Assembly: GCF_963853765.1 (NCBI RefSeq)
Contig: NC_088859.1
Coordinates: 19,158,001-19,222,000, forward strand
DNA: 64,000 nt
From: Magallana gigas
Lineage: Eukaryota
Direction of reading: 5' to 3'
Part shown: positions 1 through 12,644 of the stretch, in pieces
Layout of the letters: each line of letters starts with the position of its first letter
Numbering within the stretch: the stretch's first letter is position 1
Translations under genes and position numbers: made by a program
The notes under the pieces: model-generated
Databases searched by the model: none
What the model saw: only the letters and a program-made list of their open reading frames with translations
Told to the model about the DNA's origin: nothing

Positions 1-290
1 CAATGGTACAGCATACCGTATACTGAATTTATCTATTATTTTCAAGATCTACGTCTTGTCAGCGGCGATGATTTGTGCTTAGGTCCAAACACTGTTTCAC
101 TTTCGGTTTGCCAGAGTAACTGCATAGGAGAGTTGATTAAAATCAACTCCCAAAAATGGGGAAAGAAATTGTACAATTAATATTTAAACACAATTTATGC
201 TTTCCTCTTTCAAAGTATGTGAGAAGTATGCTCAGAATATTTATCAGGCGAAATTTAGATTATACTCTAAGTTAAAGTTATATCATTCAG

Positions 291-473
291 AGAAATTAAC
301 ATACAAAGCAACAGCGACTTCATCCTCAACTTCTGGGATCAATTTTGCAAGGAATGCTGTAGACGAGGACCCTAAGACATACGCTCTAACAAAAAGTGAA
401 AAGAATCCTCTGCTGACAATAACCCTGTCCAATATATTTACAATTAGATGGATATACTTAATTTTACAAGAAG
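291..473 (+). CDS. Gene A, lectin exon 1 (F-type lectin/discoidin-like domain, N-terminal half)
   Basis: Acceptor cattcag|, donor |gtaaaa, 183 nt, phase 1-1. Encodes (E)KLTYKATATSSST...NAVDEDP...LILQE. Same length and phase as the paralogous exon 25107-25289. Confidence 0.85.
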
Positions 474-643
474 GTAAAATATANNNNNNNNNNNNNNNNN
501 NNNNNNNNNNNNNNNNNNNNNNNNNNNNNNNNNNNNNNNNNNNNNNNNNNNNNNNNNNNNNNNNNNNNNNNNNNNNNNNNNNNNNNNNNNNNNNNNNNNN
601 NNNNNNNNNNNNNNNNNNNNNNNNNNNNNNNNNNNNNNNNNAG

Positions 644-838
644 ATTCGTATACCACCTTTTTTGTTTTCATCAAAAACTCAACATTAACTGACGCCACAC
701 TGTGTAACTTTTTCTATGCAACAAGGATTAAGAACACTCGAAATATAATATGCACTGAGACATTAACTGGTGATCAAATTGTCATCACGACAAATTCTAC
801 ATTGGGACGTCTTGTGGTCTTCGAAACACAGGTTTATG
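644..838 (+). CDS. Gene A, lectin exon 2 (C-terminal half)
   Basis: AG at 642-643 directly after an N gap, donor |gtaagt, 195 nt, open frame DSYTTFFVFIKNSTLTDATLCNFFY...ICT...GRLVVFETQVY. It is 9 nt shorter than the gene B exon. The Cys pair and terminal ExxVY fit an F-type lectin fold. Confidence 0.8.
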
Positions 839-1613
839 GTAAGTTAATTTTCCGGGTTTTTTTTACTTTAAAATTCCTAATGGAATGAACGGCGTTTTGC
901 ATGTATTGTTTCTTACTGTTAATTAACTATAATATTTATATTGTTAAACGTAAATGCATGACTTGATGATTACACTGAGTGATTGCGGGAAAGCGATGTT
1001 TAATTACAGTGACATTTTTCTACTACAGCTGTACCAAAATTGCATTTAATACTGACAGGGGTGAAATGAATACAATCTAACAAACAAGAAATCCAATTAT
1101 AAAGTAAAGAACACGATAATAAAAAGGACAGTCTCCAAATACATACTATACATATTTGCTTTTTATTTTTAACTGCCTAACAGTAATTTATCTGCGTTAA
1201 CTTTTATATTCCATTTATGCTTGTATTTACCCTTCATGTATTGTAAACCTTGACCTGTCTCCTTAAAAACTGTGTCGTCTGTTTTTATAATAAAAATAAG
1301 CAATATTTCTAAGTCCTACTATTCAACACATACTTTTTAATTAATTAAATGTTAAAATCGTGCACATAGAGGCAAAATAAAAGGACAAGAGTTTCAGTAA
1401 CTTAGCATTAAAGGTCTGAATAATTATCAAAAAAAAATTGAAAAATCAACAACTACATTTTTGGGGGGATTGAATCCCTTTTTCAAAGAGGGAAACTAAC
1501 ATTTTATAGTGATTGGAAATTGTGGATCTGAAATTCGGAAGTGAATTTTATTTTCAGCCTAGACGAATCTCGCTGAGGTTACACCCGTTCATACTGATTA
1601 ACATTTACATGTA

Positions 1614-1935
1614 TTTTAGCTCAACTGGACCAAAAGTTGTCAGTCTCTGTGTCCGCCTGTCTGTCCGTCTGTCAGTAATTTTTTCATATCTTTTGCTTCT
1701 TTTCTAGAACGTCTGAGCCAAATTAAATTAAACTTGGTACAAGCGACTTATGGGCGGGGATTTTTAACTGTTTTTGAAAAAAGACGAAATCTTTTTTAAT
1801 AGGCAGAAAATCCCAAAACAGTGAAAATAAGGTGTGTCTTAAAAAATTAATCTTCTTCTCAAGAACTACTGCACCAGAAATCCAATTGATACTTACACCA
1901 AAGTTTGTATATATTGTAAAGATTTTAAATTTAAT
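1614..1935 (+). mobile_element. Degenerate Helentron-associated (HINE-like) fragment in the intron; second copy about 27011-27330
   Basis: ttttagctca start, gtccgt/ctgt microsatellite and ttcttctcaagaac monomer motif, as in 22825-24080. Confidence 0.55.
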
Positions 1936-2088
1936 TGGACAATTGTACAAAATTCAAACGTAACGTCAGGCGGGTTGATATGTTTTGACTTTAGCCTGTC
2001 TTGGACGTAAGCAACATTCTTTTTACGATATAAGCTGATTTTTCAGCAAATCAGAAAGCGGGTTACATATGAAATTGAATTCTTACAG

Positions 2089-3153
2089 AGTGTGCTCAAG
2101 GTACCTACGGAGATCTATGTGACCGTGAGTGCAGAAACTGTGTAGACAATAGATGTCATGGGTATACAGGAGTCTGTGAACGTGGCTGCAAGATTGGTTG
2201 GCAGGGGGAAAACTGTGACATACTTTGTAATTTAAATTGTAAGAACAGTAAATGCGACCGCTATACGGGGTTTTGCACAGAAGGATGCAAACCTGATTGG
2301 TACGGAGAAACATGTGATAAACAGTGCCCATCGCAGTGCGAAACGTCTTGTGATCGATCTTTAGGATGTACAAATTGCCAGATAGGCTATAATGGACCGA
2401 ACTGTAATCCATGTGACGGGAATACGTACGGCAAAAACTGTAGCTTGACTTGTCAAAATTGTGATGACTGCAATAATGTTAATGGATGTGGAGTATGCCG
2501 GAACGGCTTTCACGGTGATCTTTGCAATCTTGTATGTCCAAAGCAATGTAGAAATTACATATGCTCTCGGCAATCAGGAGATTGTGTAGATGGATGTAAA
2601 GACGGATATGCAGGTATTAAATGTGAGACACGTTGCGAAGATAGCTGTGCAACTTGCAGTCCCAACGATCTTTGCATCTCTTGTTTAAATGGAAGGTTCG
2701 GTACAAACTGTGAATACCGTTGTCCAGGAACATGCGGCGGAAGTAAAACATGTGACAAGAACAGTGGAGTGTGTTCGGAGTGTAATCCTGGAACGTTTGG
2801 TCCAAATTGTACACAACAATGCAGTAATAAGTGTTTACCTGGTATACCGAGTGTTTGTGACAGAAATGGAACGTGTACCAGTGGATGCGTGGACGGATGG
2901 TTTGGTCCACAATGCGATACACAATGTCCAATTGAAAACTGCAAAAAATGCAACTCCAGCGATTTTTCTTGTGAAATTTGTAATATTGGTTACTATTTAG
3001 ACAATGTACGAGAAATTCGAAAGTGTGTAAAGTGTCCGTCTAGGTATGTTAGTTGTAATAGCGATTTAAGATGCACCGAGTGCATACCACAATTTACTGG
3101 ATACCAGTGTGAAAATGAATGCACCATAAACTGCGTCGATGATCTTTTCAAAT
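2089..3153 (+). CDS. Gene A, large laminin-type/EGF-like repeat exon (MEGF10/SREC-like ectodomain)
   Basis: Acceptor tcttacag|, donor t|gtgagt, 1065 nt, phase 1-1. Uninterrupted Cys-rich repeats (ECAQGTYGDLC...GW.G..C...). Extends the ORF-track ORF 2445-3164 upstream. Confidence 0.9.
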
Positions 3154-4188
3154 GTGAGTATTAAGTATATACACCCAGTTTATAATCTTTTTTAAAATTT
3201 TGTTTTATCTTTACATTTTAGTCCCATCAAACTCATTTATACTTAATGCAAAACGATCGGTTACACGTTGTTACATGTAACTTAGATATAAAAAGTGGAA
3301 TGAACAGTTCTTAACATACACATAAATATGTTAAACGTAAGCATTGACATAATTGATATGTTAAATTAACCGATAACATCTATCTCTCTCTTGAGAAACA
3401 ATGTAAACATATGAAACAAAAACATTTTCATTTAACTCACTATGCTAGCTTTATCTATAAATTATCATGCTGAAATGTCGCAATAATTTACTGAATCGGA
3501 TTCCGTCACGCGTACGGCTATTTGTACGGACCAAAAATGCATTTGACGGTGACAGAACCAGTTTAAGACTAACACTTACGGAGTATCAGATGTAAGTATT
3601 ATTGTACCACTGAAGTGCCCGGTTGGTTTTGACCAATATGAGATGTTAAATAATTTTTTTTATTGAATTAACATTGATTGAATTAAGAAATGTTTTCGAG
3701 TAAATCATACTTACTGTGGAGAACCATTTTGTATTGATATTTTTTCTTGAAAGTTTGTGTAAGTTGCAATAATGATTTATGGCTGTTATTGCCCTGTATA
3801 ACAAGAAAGTTGAACCGGCTAAAATGTAGAGTGTTATTTAAACAACCTTTAGAATATAAGGATTCAGGCAACTCTCAATTCTTGAAATCAAATATGAAAT
3901 TGATATGAAAAGATACCACTTAAAACTGTGTCAATGAACTATTAAATTTATGTATCAAATTTTGCATGTTCCACCATTTTTTAACAATGGAGTTAAGAAA
4001 TTTAAACTGTAATAATTTTATTGTTATTTCAAAAAATATTAATAATATTGATATTATTAAACCGACGTAGACAGTCACGCAGTGAAGCTCAGAATAATAC
4101 TATCAGAGCGTACATGTTGACGAGGAAAAAATTCTAGGTTTACTACATACATGTACATGTATGTGAATTATTATGATAGTAAGTGAGA

Positions 4189-4190
<2 letters not shown>

Positions 4191-4239
<49 letters not shown>
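4191..4239. repeat. (CT)n microsatellite; longer paralog at 29543-29621
   Basis: Seen directly in the sequence. Confidence 0.95.
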
Positions 4240-4242
<3 letters not shown>

Positions 4243-4287
4243 GTATTGTTTAACAGACATTTGCTATTTTTAAAATGATTTTATCAG

Positions 4288-4364
4288 GTTCTGTTTCTAG
4301 TAAATTCCCAGATGAACCGAGAGCAAACGCTTCAGTAAAGCGTTCGGAGAGCGAGAACTTGTAA
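4288..4364 (+). CDS. Candidate short terminal exon of gene A (CSVSSKFPDEPRANASVKRSESENL*)
   Basis: Acceptor ttttatcag|, compatible with phase 1, stop TAA at 4362-4364. The frame is kept in copy B, but the region is near-identical anyway. No transcript evidence. Confidence 0.25.
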
Positions 4365-4636
4365 CTGGTCAGCAGATGCTGGGCGTACATGTGTAAGTTG
4401 GCGGTTGGTTAGTTAATGTAGAACACGCACAAAACGCATGCGTAACGTTAACCCTTAACGAACAGTGAACTTAATAGAAACTATGTATTAGATAAACCGG
4501 ATGCTCTCTTCATATTGAATAAATATTATTATACGAGAATAAAGCTAAGTTATAAGAGAAGTATTTTAGATGTGTAGTGTCACATTAACAAACGCGAAAA
4601 CGAAATATTCTTGAGTTTTCTGAACAGTGAATTTAA

Positions 4637-5275
4637 AGGACCATGGTCACGATTTTGGTCAAATTCTATTTTTCTGTTTTTATTTTTTACAATGCTTTAG
4701 GAATGCATTTCTAATGATCAAATGAAATTTAAGAATCAGTCATTTTGTCATAAGGAAGATACAGAGCTCAAAATTCTTTGTCCTGTAAACAAAGTTCTTG
4801 CCCTATATTTGTTTACACAGTTTCAATATACCAGTAAAATTTTTTTCACGATTTGTCTATCTTCTTAATCATTTTAAGCATTCATAAATAGTTCCTAACG
4901 TTTAACACTTTTATTCTTGGTTTTAAGTTGGCTCTATACACCCACAATTTATTCCAATATTCAATAAAAGACCATAAAACAGATACTTATCAAATAAGAA
5001 AATGATGATAGTGATACTATAGGTATATTTAAAGATTTTTAAAAATGTTTTTTCGTGTTTTTGTAAAATAATTTCTTAAAAGTTAACAATTAACAAATTG
5101 AAAGAAATGTTTTTGTCTTCTGATACAAAACAAAGAATTTTAAGATCCGTTACTCGCTTATAACAAAAAAGAATGGCTCTCAAATTTTGGTTGCCTATCA
5201 AAAATGCCTTACTGAAGCACTGTATACATAAAATTGGAAAAATAATTTTTGACCAAAATTGTGACCATGCCCCTT
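4637..5275. mobile_element. MITE with TTAA flanks, Kolobok-like (copy A)
   Basis: TIRs aggaccatggtcacgattttggtcaaa / tttgaccaaaattgtgaccatgcccct, with TTAA on both sides. Confidence 0.75.
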
Positions 5276-8200
5276 TTAAGGTCGACTTCTGTACAATGTG
5301 CATGCAATGTATAATTGATAATGCAAAGTTTGTTTTAGCCTATGAGAGCTATGTGGCAAAAGAATGATGGTTATTATTACAGGGATGTAAAAAAGATAGA
5401 AAACAGGTTTGTAGCTGAAGAAGGATCATTCACTAGCTACTGCCACTTTTCTTTATTGAAGCATGCTTGTTTTGTAATAGTACATTTTTCATTGCACATT
5501 TATGTTAACCTGATTTTTAAAAATGTCTTTATATTCATGTTGATTTTTATTTATTTTTTCCAGCCCTACCAACATTAATAATTTTAATTTTAATGGTGCA
5601 CCTATTTATCATTTTCCTACACCTATCTGAATAACGTAAATATGGTGATGTGTAAAAATGAATAATTTCTTCAAACATCTCAAAAGAAAGACGGCTGTCT
5701 CGCAAGGTTATTTCTTAGCAAAGCACACAGACAGATACATGAAGGCATCACATTGAAAAGAAAACACCTACAATAAAACAAGCAATCAATGAAAAAAGAC
5801 TTTTGCAGCTATGACAAGATATTTTCCGACGATGCTTTACACTTTTGGTTTTACAGCCTATAAAACTAATAAGTCGCTAGTCAAAGAAAAAAGGAAAGTA
5901 ACCCATATTTATGAATTCATGTCAGCTTTTAGCAGTGAATTCATGTACATGAAAGTGTTCACGGTGCCATTCCTGAGTGTTTATGTTCTGTATTCTTTTA
6001 TTATTAATAGGTAAAACATATAGATGCAAAATAGGCATGAATGATGCTGCTGATATGACAGACATTATCACTGTACATTTAAGGACATCACCAGAGAGAA
6101 GTTCTTATTGAAAAAAAAAACCCGGGATTTTGTAAGTGTTGCTGAAACCAGTAAACATGAAGTAAAGGATAACTTTAATCTTGTTTTTTCACATTCATTC
6201 CAAATTCATACAAATTTTTATAATAATAAAATATGTGTTTTGTAAAATCTTAATTTCGTTCCTTTCTTTTTTATTTTAGAACGAACTTCAGAAACTTTGC
6301 ATGAAGTTAGCTGCCATTTCTTTTGGACAAGTCCCTATTTATTCATTAAGCATAATAAGTTAAATAAGTGAAGGTGGAAACAATAAAACAGGATTCACAT
6401 TTAAAGATAGCATTCTGAGGCGGCATGGGCAGCCAGTGCTGATGATAGACTAAATCAGATTGTCAATTTTTATTGTATCATCCTCCAAACCATACTTAAT
6501 TGGAGACAACTTTTAAAACACTAATACACAAATCTAAGTTCTAATCTTATTGAATGTTTCAAGGATAAAATCCCAGGATTTAAGAACATATGTAATTATC
6601 AAGGAAGAGGATAAAAAAATCAACTGTATCAAATTTTTAGCGAGAAGTATTAGTGTTTTCTGTTTACGAGTAGACTACGATGCAAAAGATGATATGTTTT
6701 TTGTTATCAGTTTAAAGCTGCTATATAAGGAAGAGTTAGCAATCCAGTAGCTTGGCTTGTTGCAGTGATTTGTCATAAATTGAACTTTTTATGTACAAGA
6801 AAGTAATTTCATCTCTTTTGTGCAGAGACTTGTAACATTTTTACCCAGTAAACATATATTAGTAATCTGAAAGTTATTTACGTACGAGAAACCATTGTTG
6901 GCATATTGCACTGTTTTAAGTGAGTCACCATCATGCCCTAAAGTGTACGTATTTCTAGATCAACAAATGTGATAAAAAATTTAGAATTTTTGAATTCATA
7001 TTAATAAAAATGTTTTCAAATGAACATAGGGTTTATGAATGGACTCTATATATAGAGAGAATATATACAGCACGTCCCGTTTTGTAATTTTAACAGTTCA
7101 TAGTTTTGTGTTATACATGTACATTTATCTTTATTATGTACATGTGATTTAAATTTTGTGAATATCGTTTGTGAATTCATGATACTGAATTGATGAAGAA
7201 TCAGTTTAGTGCGAATAATGTCTGTATTACGTTTAGATCTGCAATGAGACTTCAGACGTTTTTTTTGTATATGTATGTATGTGTACTGTTCATTGCAAAA
7301 TCAATTTGTTCTTAATACATGTGTTTATCTATTAAAATGAGACTAAAGGTGTTCATAGAGCAAACGAATAAGGTATATGATGAAAATTATTCTGTGATTT
7401 CTTTTCGAGCACTAATTCATCGAGTGGTGATTATCTAAATATGTTCTGTAGAGCGTAAAAACAAAACTTTTAAAAGTGTTGTTTTTATTCTTAGTTGCAA
7501 CAGGAATATAGTCGATATTCTGACGTAAACAACAGTGTTGCAGATAAGGAAGATCATTATAAGTTCGATATGTATAATTTTGTAACAATTTTAAAATATC
7601 AGTTTTTTTAAATATATTTTCATATATCTTACTGTTTGTCAATTAATTAATAAATATGACAGTGTTTACTATTTTCATTAATATGTAGTAATGAAAAAAT
7701 AGATTTGAAACTTGTTTTGCTTCAATAAATCTGTATGTGGGACAAAAATGACTGTTAAAATCATGTGAAGAATGGGGTATACATACATTATATAGAAACC
7801 GATTAAAAACTTGGCAAATAAAGACAAGCATTTTGGTAACTTTTAATTGAAGAAGATGTATTTTTTATTCAGGTTAAAGCATAATTTAACGAAATAATCT
7901 CAAAGGAACCATCTTTATTGCTTTATTACGAACTATCGTGATTTCTTTTTTCAATAAAAATAAAAAATACACATGTTTAAGTTTTGGATATCCGTAGCAA
8001 TTTAAAGACATGTATAAAAGAATGTTTTCCCCTAACACATTTGATGAAAATGTTGTTTTGCAGTATTATACATTGTTACAAATAATGAAGCAATTTACGA
8101 ATATGATTGCTTTTAAAATCGTTTCCACACAGACGAATATGGCCTATAACTGTTAGTAAGATCAAATTTACATATTATGTAAAAATATATACAAGTGTAC

Positions 8201-9031
8201 AAGATTTCCGCTACATATAAACGATACTATACATAAACCTTAGAAGTGTTTGTTTGCTAAAGACACTCTATGTACACCTATATACACTGTATACACACGT
8301 ATTTAATACATTGAGTTTAAATATGCATGCGCAGTTATAAGCTAAATAAAAGGTGTTTCAAGTGCTTTCAGAACAAGTCATATTGCACTGTACAAATGAT
8401 ACATATATATTAACGCAATTGAAACCTCCATAATAACATCATTCTGATACTTTGGGACGAAAAAATAATGCTATATGTATTTACATGTACTTTGCCATTA
8501 AGAGTATTTTATAAATAAAGGCATCATTCATGTTTTATGGACCGCTTCATGTCGAAATAGCCTTGCTATACACTTTGTGTATGTCATATGTCAACTGTGT
8601 AAACATCGTTTGAAAGCCTGCATATATACTGCGTCAAATCAAATCTGACTTTGGAATTGTATACATATACGACATTGATAAAGCTTTCTTTTTTTACTGA
8701 TGGTGGTGAGATGTGATGGTAACAGGTACAGTATTGGGATAAACAGGACGTGGTCTGATGAGATACACTAAGACTCATCTTCCGTTTCTCTTAGTACTAA
8801 CTCAATTCAGCTAGTATACTTCATCCCCTTTTCCATACAAGTCCGTTGCAGTTTACGGATAAACTTAAGTGGAGGAAAACGGATTTTTCTGAACAAACCC
8901 GTTTTCTTTTCCTTCTTAAACGGAAGTGGGGAAAACCGATCAAAATCATACACTTTCGTATCCTTCAGTTTCCGAAAACACTTTTTTGTTATCTCCTTTA
9001 GAGACTTCGCTAACATTTTCTGTGAATAATC

Positions 9032-9112
9032 TCAATTCTCATTGTAATAGGTAATAAACATATTTTGATAGGCTCATACAGCTTCATTCAGGTAGTAGAA
9101 CATCAATTGCTC
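9032..9112 (-). pseudogene. PTP terminal exon relic, unit A
   Basis: EQLMFYYLNEAV*AYQNMFITYYNEN*, resembling the EQ..F.Y.....Y...F..Y.N end of PTP D2 domains. Acceptor lost. Confidence 0.5.
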
Positions 9113-9161
9113 CAATATATGACAAAGCATAATTATATGATTGCTTTTAACCTGCCTTATA

Positions 9162-9370
9162 CTGTAAATTCCTAATTAAACGCAAGGAATTAATATCAGC
9201 GTAAAATCGCGAGAAGCTCGTCTCGCGAATTTTAAAATCTCGCTTTTAATCATGTAAACTACATGAAACTATGATAAAATTTCGGCATTCGCGAATTCAT
9301 GTTCTCGCGATTTGATGGAGAATCGTTGAATCGCGGAATTAAGTACTCGCGTAAAATAAGGAATCTACAG
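9162..9370. mobile_element. 209-bp MITE with TA TSD (Tc1/mariner-type)
   Basis: TIR ctgtaaattcctaatt / aaataaggaatctacag with TA on both sides. Empty site cttaTAttgc in unit B at about 36846-36855. Confidence 0.9.
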
Positions 9371-9517
9371 TATTGCAAAGCGGTGTATCCTAGTTATGAC
9401 CACATAAGTTAATTGTTTCATGAAGTTCGTACCAATCAATGAGGAACAATTTATTTCAAAACTAATAATTGTGAAACACTGGTTGTTAAATTTGTTAGTA
9501 ACTCTATAAACATGTAC

Positions 9518-9654
9518 CCACCCGAATACTCGCAGATTTGAGCGCGTCCTGTCCGCATCTTTTCAACGGTTTGCAGGAAACTTACCCGATCCATGCGAAT
9601 TCTTTCAATTATGGTGGCAAATGTTCAATACAGACTGCTTTTCTTTGACTATTC
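9518..9654 (-). pseudogene. PTP D2-like exon relic following the HC motif, unit A
   Basis: Acceptor tttaag|, then N..(frameshift)SSLY*TFATIIERIRMDRVSFLQTVEKMRTGRAQI, resembling NG..RSGLYC...IER...EV...Q.V..MR..R.QI. The 3' boundary is approximate. Confidence 0.7.
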
Positions 9655-10075
9655 CTTAAATATTCTTTACAAAAATCAACATTCAATACTACATATATAC
9701 CTACAAGCTTAAATATAGGATAAAATAATTGCACAATTAAGTATAAGGCATTCTTAAGACTACTTTTTATCTGTGTTAGTGGAACATTTGCGAGGTTTGA
9801 GTCAATCCTCTGAATTACTACAATATCAAACCAATGTTTTTATATCTTTAAATACACATGTACGCCTAAGAGTATTTACAATTTTTTGTTAAATTTTGGT
9901 CACTTTGAACTAGTTTAACACTGGGGAATTGCCCCAAAATGTCGCGAAAATATAAGAAAATTATTGCAATTCACGTAATATGAAGATGTTGACTGAAATA
10001 CAAACCACGTATGCATGGTTATGAATTGTTGATAAGTATTTTTAACTGTTGTCAGTTTAAGTTAATCTGTCATAC

Positions 10076-10230
10076 ATACAATGTACAACGATGGTTGGGT
10101 TGTCAAATTGACGTTGCCAGGCATTAACCTCCTCAATTATCTCCAACAAAGGGTCTGGTGATTCTGAAACAGTGGCATCTTCGGACCCGAACTTACACTG
10201 AAATTGTTTCACAATCCTCTCACTTTATGA
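10076..10230 (-). pseudogene. PTP D2-like domain exon relic (WPD-loop to HC region), unit A
   Basis: Minus-strand translation S*SERIVKQFQCKFGSEDATVSESPDPLLEIIEEVNAWQRQFDNPTIVVHCM. 155 nt, tag| acceptor, |gtatg donor, phase 0-2. Matches the layout of the PTP exon that ends inside the HC motif. One premature stop. Confidence 0.8.
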
Positions 10231-10447
10231 CTACACTTATAGAAAATATGATTGCAAAGTTTTGTTTTGTATAGCTGTACATGAACAATTGATTAAAAAG
10301 GGAAACACGCCCAATATAATTGCTTAAAAATTCCATTCCACAGCAAGAGCAAACCTCTTTAAGAATCAATTCATTAACTAACATGGCGACAGAAATTTTC
10401 CTTAAACTGTATATCCTAGTAATGCTTTTGTTTAAAAAATAGATGAA

Positions 10448-10600
10448 TAAACAAGAGGTCCATGGGCCACATAGCAACACTGAGCAACACTAGACATAAT
10501 AAAATCAGCTAAATATAAACCCACATCAAACTTTGAACCTTTTATGAGGCCCATGAATTATCCAGCTCCACAATCAAATCAAATGAGAATCAACAAAAGT
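10448..10600 (-). mobile_element. HINE-like 3' end fragment
   Basis: acaagaggtccatgggccacatagc matches the reverse complement of the end of 22825-24080. Confidence 0.6.
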
Positions 10601-11064
10601 TAATGTTAATATGATTGCATATTAGTAATACCATATACTATATACGTTTTTTTGTTTCAACATACAGGGTTTTCAACAAAATGATCTTTTAATAGTTCGT
10701 TTTTTATCGCTATAACTACGTTCAAATTGTTTTTCAAGGCCTTTGGTTTTTTTTAGTCGTTTAGTTCTTCCTTTAACCTTGAGCGACCAGATTTCCCTTT
10801 ATTTTGTGGTGTTTCAAATGGTACAGTAATAAGCTTGTAATCAATCCATTATCATCTGTAAATGAAATATACCGTGAACTCTGTGACATTATCTTCTCTG
10901 ATACAACTGTCAGCTCTTATTTTTCTTTTTCTTAAACCAGCAAATGACGTAAAAAAGAGTTCAATTAATATTAAGGAAGTTAGCTGTTAACAGTATCATC
11001 ATTATCCTGAAAAATCTTTGTGAAGTAATTAACACAAAACACCTTTTGTATGAAAATACTTTAC

Positions 11065-11232
11065 ATTTATTGGTCAATTAATACCGATTTGGAGTAGTTC
11101 TCTCAATCCTTTTAGCTGCAGAAACTAAAAGCACGTATTTGTAGTTTTTATGTTCAAGGTAGTAAATAATTAATGTTTGACGGTTTCTTTTTTTCCTTAT
11201 ATCATCATTGACTGAACTAGATGATATCCTGC
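11065..11232 (-). pseudogene. Possible upstream PTP D2 exon relic (GY...FIITQ.PL.HT region)
   Basis: Acceptor atgcag|GYH. The homologous segment in unit B reads FIITQYLEHT. Very degenerate. Confidence 0.3.
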
Positions 11233-12036
11233 ATATAAATATGAAAACTGTTTTGTTCATTGTTGTTTATACTGTATCCGATTTCTTTCATAACTGCTTT
11301 CTTAACTTATTTTTTAAAATTTAAATAAAAAAACCTTAAAATATGCCTGGATATTTAGAGAACCAGAGATCGGTGAACAATCTATAATATCTATATACAA
11401 TTGGATGAGTGGACAGATCGACAGACATACTGATCACTATAGGTCGCCCGATGACGGGTACGTAATAAAAGTAAGCGAATTCAAATGGTCCTATATAATA
11501 AATAAAATAAAAATACTCGCCAACTTTGGAAAGTATGCATCGTTACGACCATTGTGTTTTAGAAAACATATATACACAGTTAATACACGTACTAGTATCT
11601 TCAATTCTGAAGAATGCCTTTTTATTACAATATACATGTAACAAATGTTTACCATATAAAGGACAAGAGCGTACAAGGCCTGACAAATCCCCCGTATCCA
11701 GGATTTTGAAATGGCATATGAACATATAAAAAATCATTACATTTGAAACTGTGCATCAGTACATGTACATGTATAATATAGAATTCTGTGACAAATAAAT
11801 AATATACAATAATACATGTACTTGGTACCTATCTCCTTAAAGTTTGTTTTATTTGATGCTTTCTAAGCATTGCAGCATGATTTCATAAATGTGCTAGCGC
11901 TATTTTTATCCGACATTGTATGTAAAGAACATGAACATTACGTAATTGTTGTCATTATATAAATATTAGATATTTTTCTCATAATCAATAAAAAAGCAAA
12001 ACACGTTTTACTAGAAGGCAAATGAGTTAAAAAAAA

Positions 12037-12115
12037 TGCCGTCTATACGATTCGAACACCCTCTCCATGGAGAAGGATAGACTACGAGCTTCCGCCTATC
12101 ACAGTGAGCTACGTT
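12037..12115 (-). mobile_element. tRNA-derived SINE-like head
   Basis: Minus strand has tagctcactgtg (A-box-like) and gttcgaatc (B box), followed by a T run. No complete cloverleaf seen. Confidence 0.4.
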
Positions 12116-12644
12116 CACACATTAAAGTACGGGTGAAAAAATTTAACTCTTTGACAATAATTACTTAAGTAAAACGTTTTTGGCGAAAATCGCAAATTTG
12201 ACCCATTATGGGTATAGGCTCCATTTTAATAAATCAATAATAAAAATCAAAATAAACTTATTCTTTAAATAAAAGTACTTTTAGGATGGAGTCAGGACCC
12301 ATTCATACCTGATTTTGCAATTAAGAACAGTAAATGATCCAAGATTTAGGCAAAAAACGATGTGCAGCTTAATTTGGAAACCAATTCATGTCGTGTTTAT
12401 AGAATGAAAGCACAATATTAACTTCCATCGTGAAATTTATAATGAAAACAATGCATACAAGTCAAAAATTAATATTCTAACTTGTATTGAAATTCTTTCG
12501 TCTTCATTGCTCCGAGAGGGGGATATGCAACACCTTTTACGCCCCTCTTCTTTATTTTTTACTTAAAATTGCTCCTACATTCCTCTTTCTTGTGTAAAGG
12601 GTTAAGATGTTTAATAAGTTTATAATAGTAAAGGAACTGTGCTG

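Larger units (their letters stand above)
1130..6540. repeat. Near-identical duplicated block, copy A (paralog 26495-31940)
   Basis: Colinear at an offset of about 25.4 kb, roughly 93-99% identity by eye. Confidence 0.9.

Noticed and set aside
2083-3000. Alternative-frame and antisense ORFs over the EGF exon (2083-2412, 2361-2573, 2555-2953, 2617-2931, 2689-3000 and their copies near 27553-28395)
   Set aside because: These are shadows of the Cys-rich coding exon, with no domain similarity or splice support.
3467-3591. Short ORF ending at a strong gtaagt donor and containing NAFDGD
   Set aside because: No compatible acceptor or phase for joining to the EGF exon, and only 42 codons.
5811-6014. 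67-aa ORF with a hydrophobic end, considered as a TM exon
   Set aside because: Frameshifted by a 4-nt deletion in copy B inside the near-identical block, and the hydrophobic stretch is not a convincing TM with basic stop-transfer residues.
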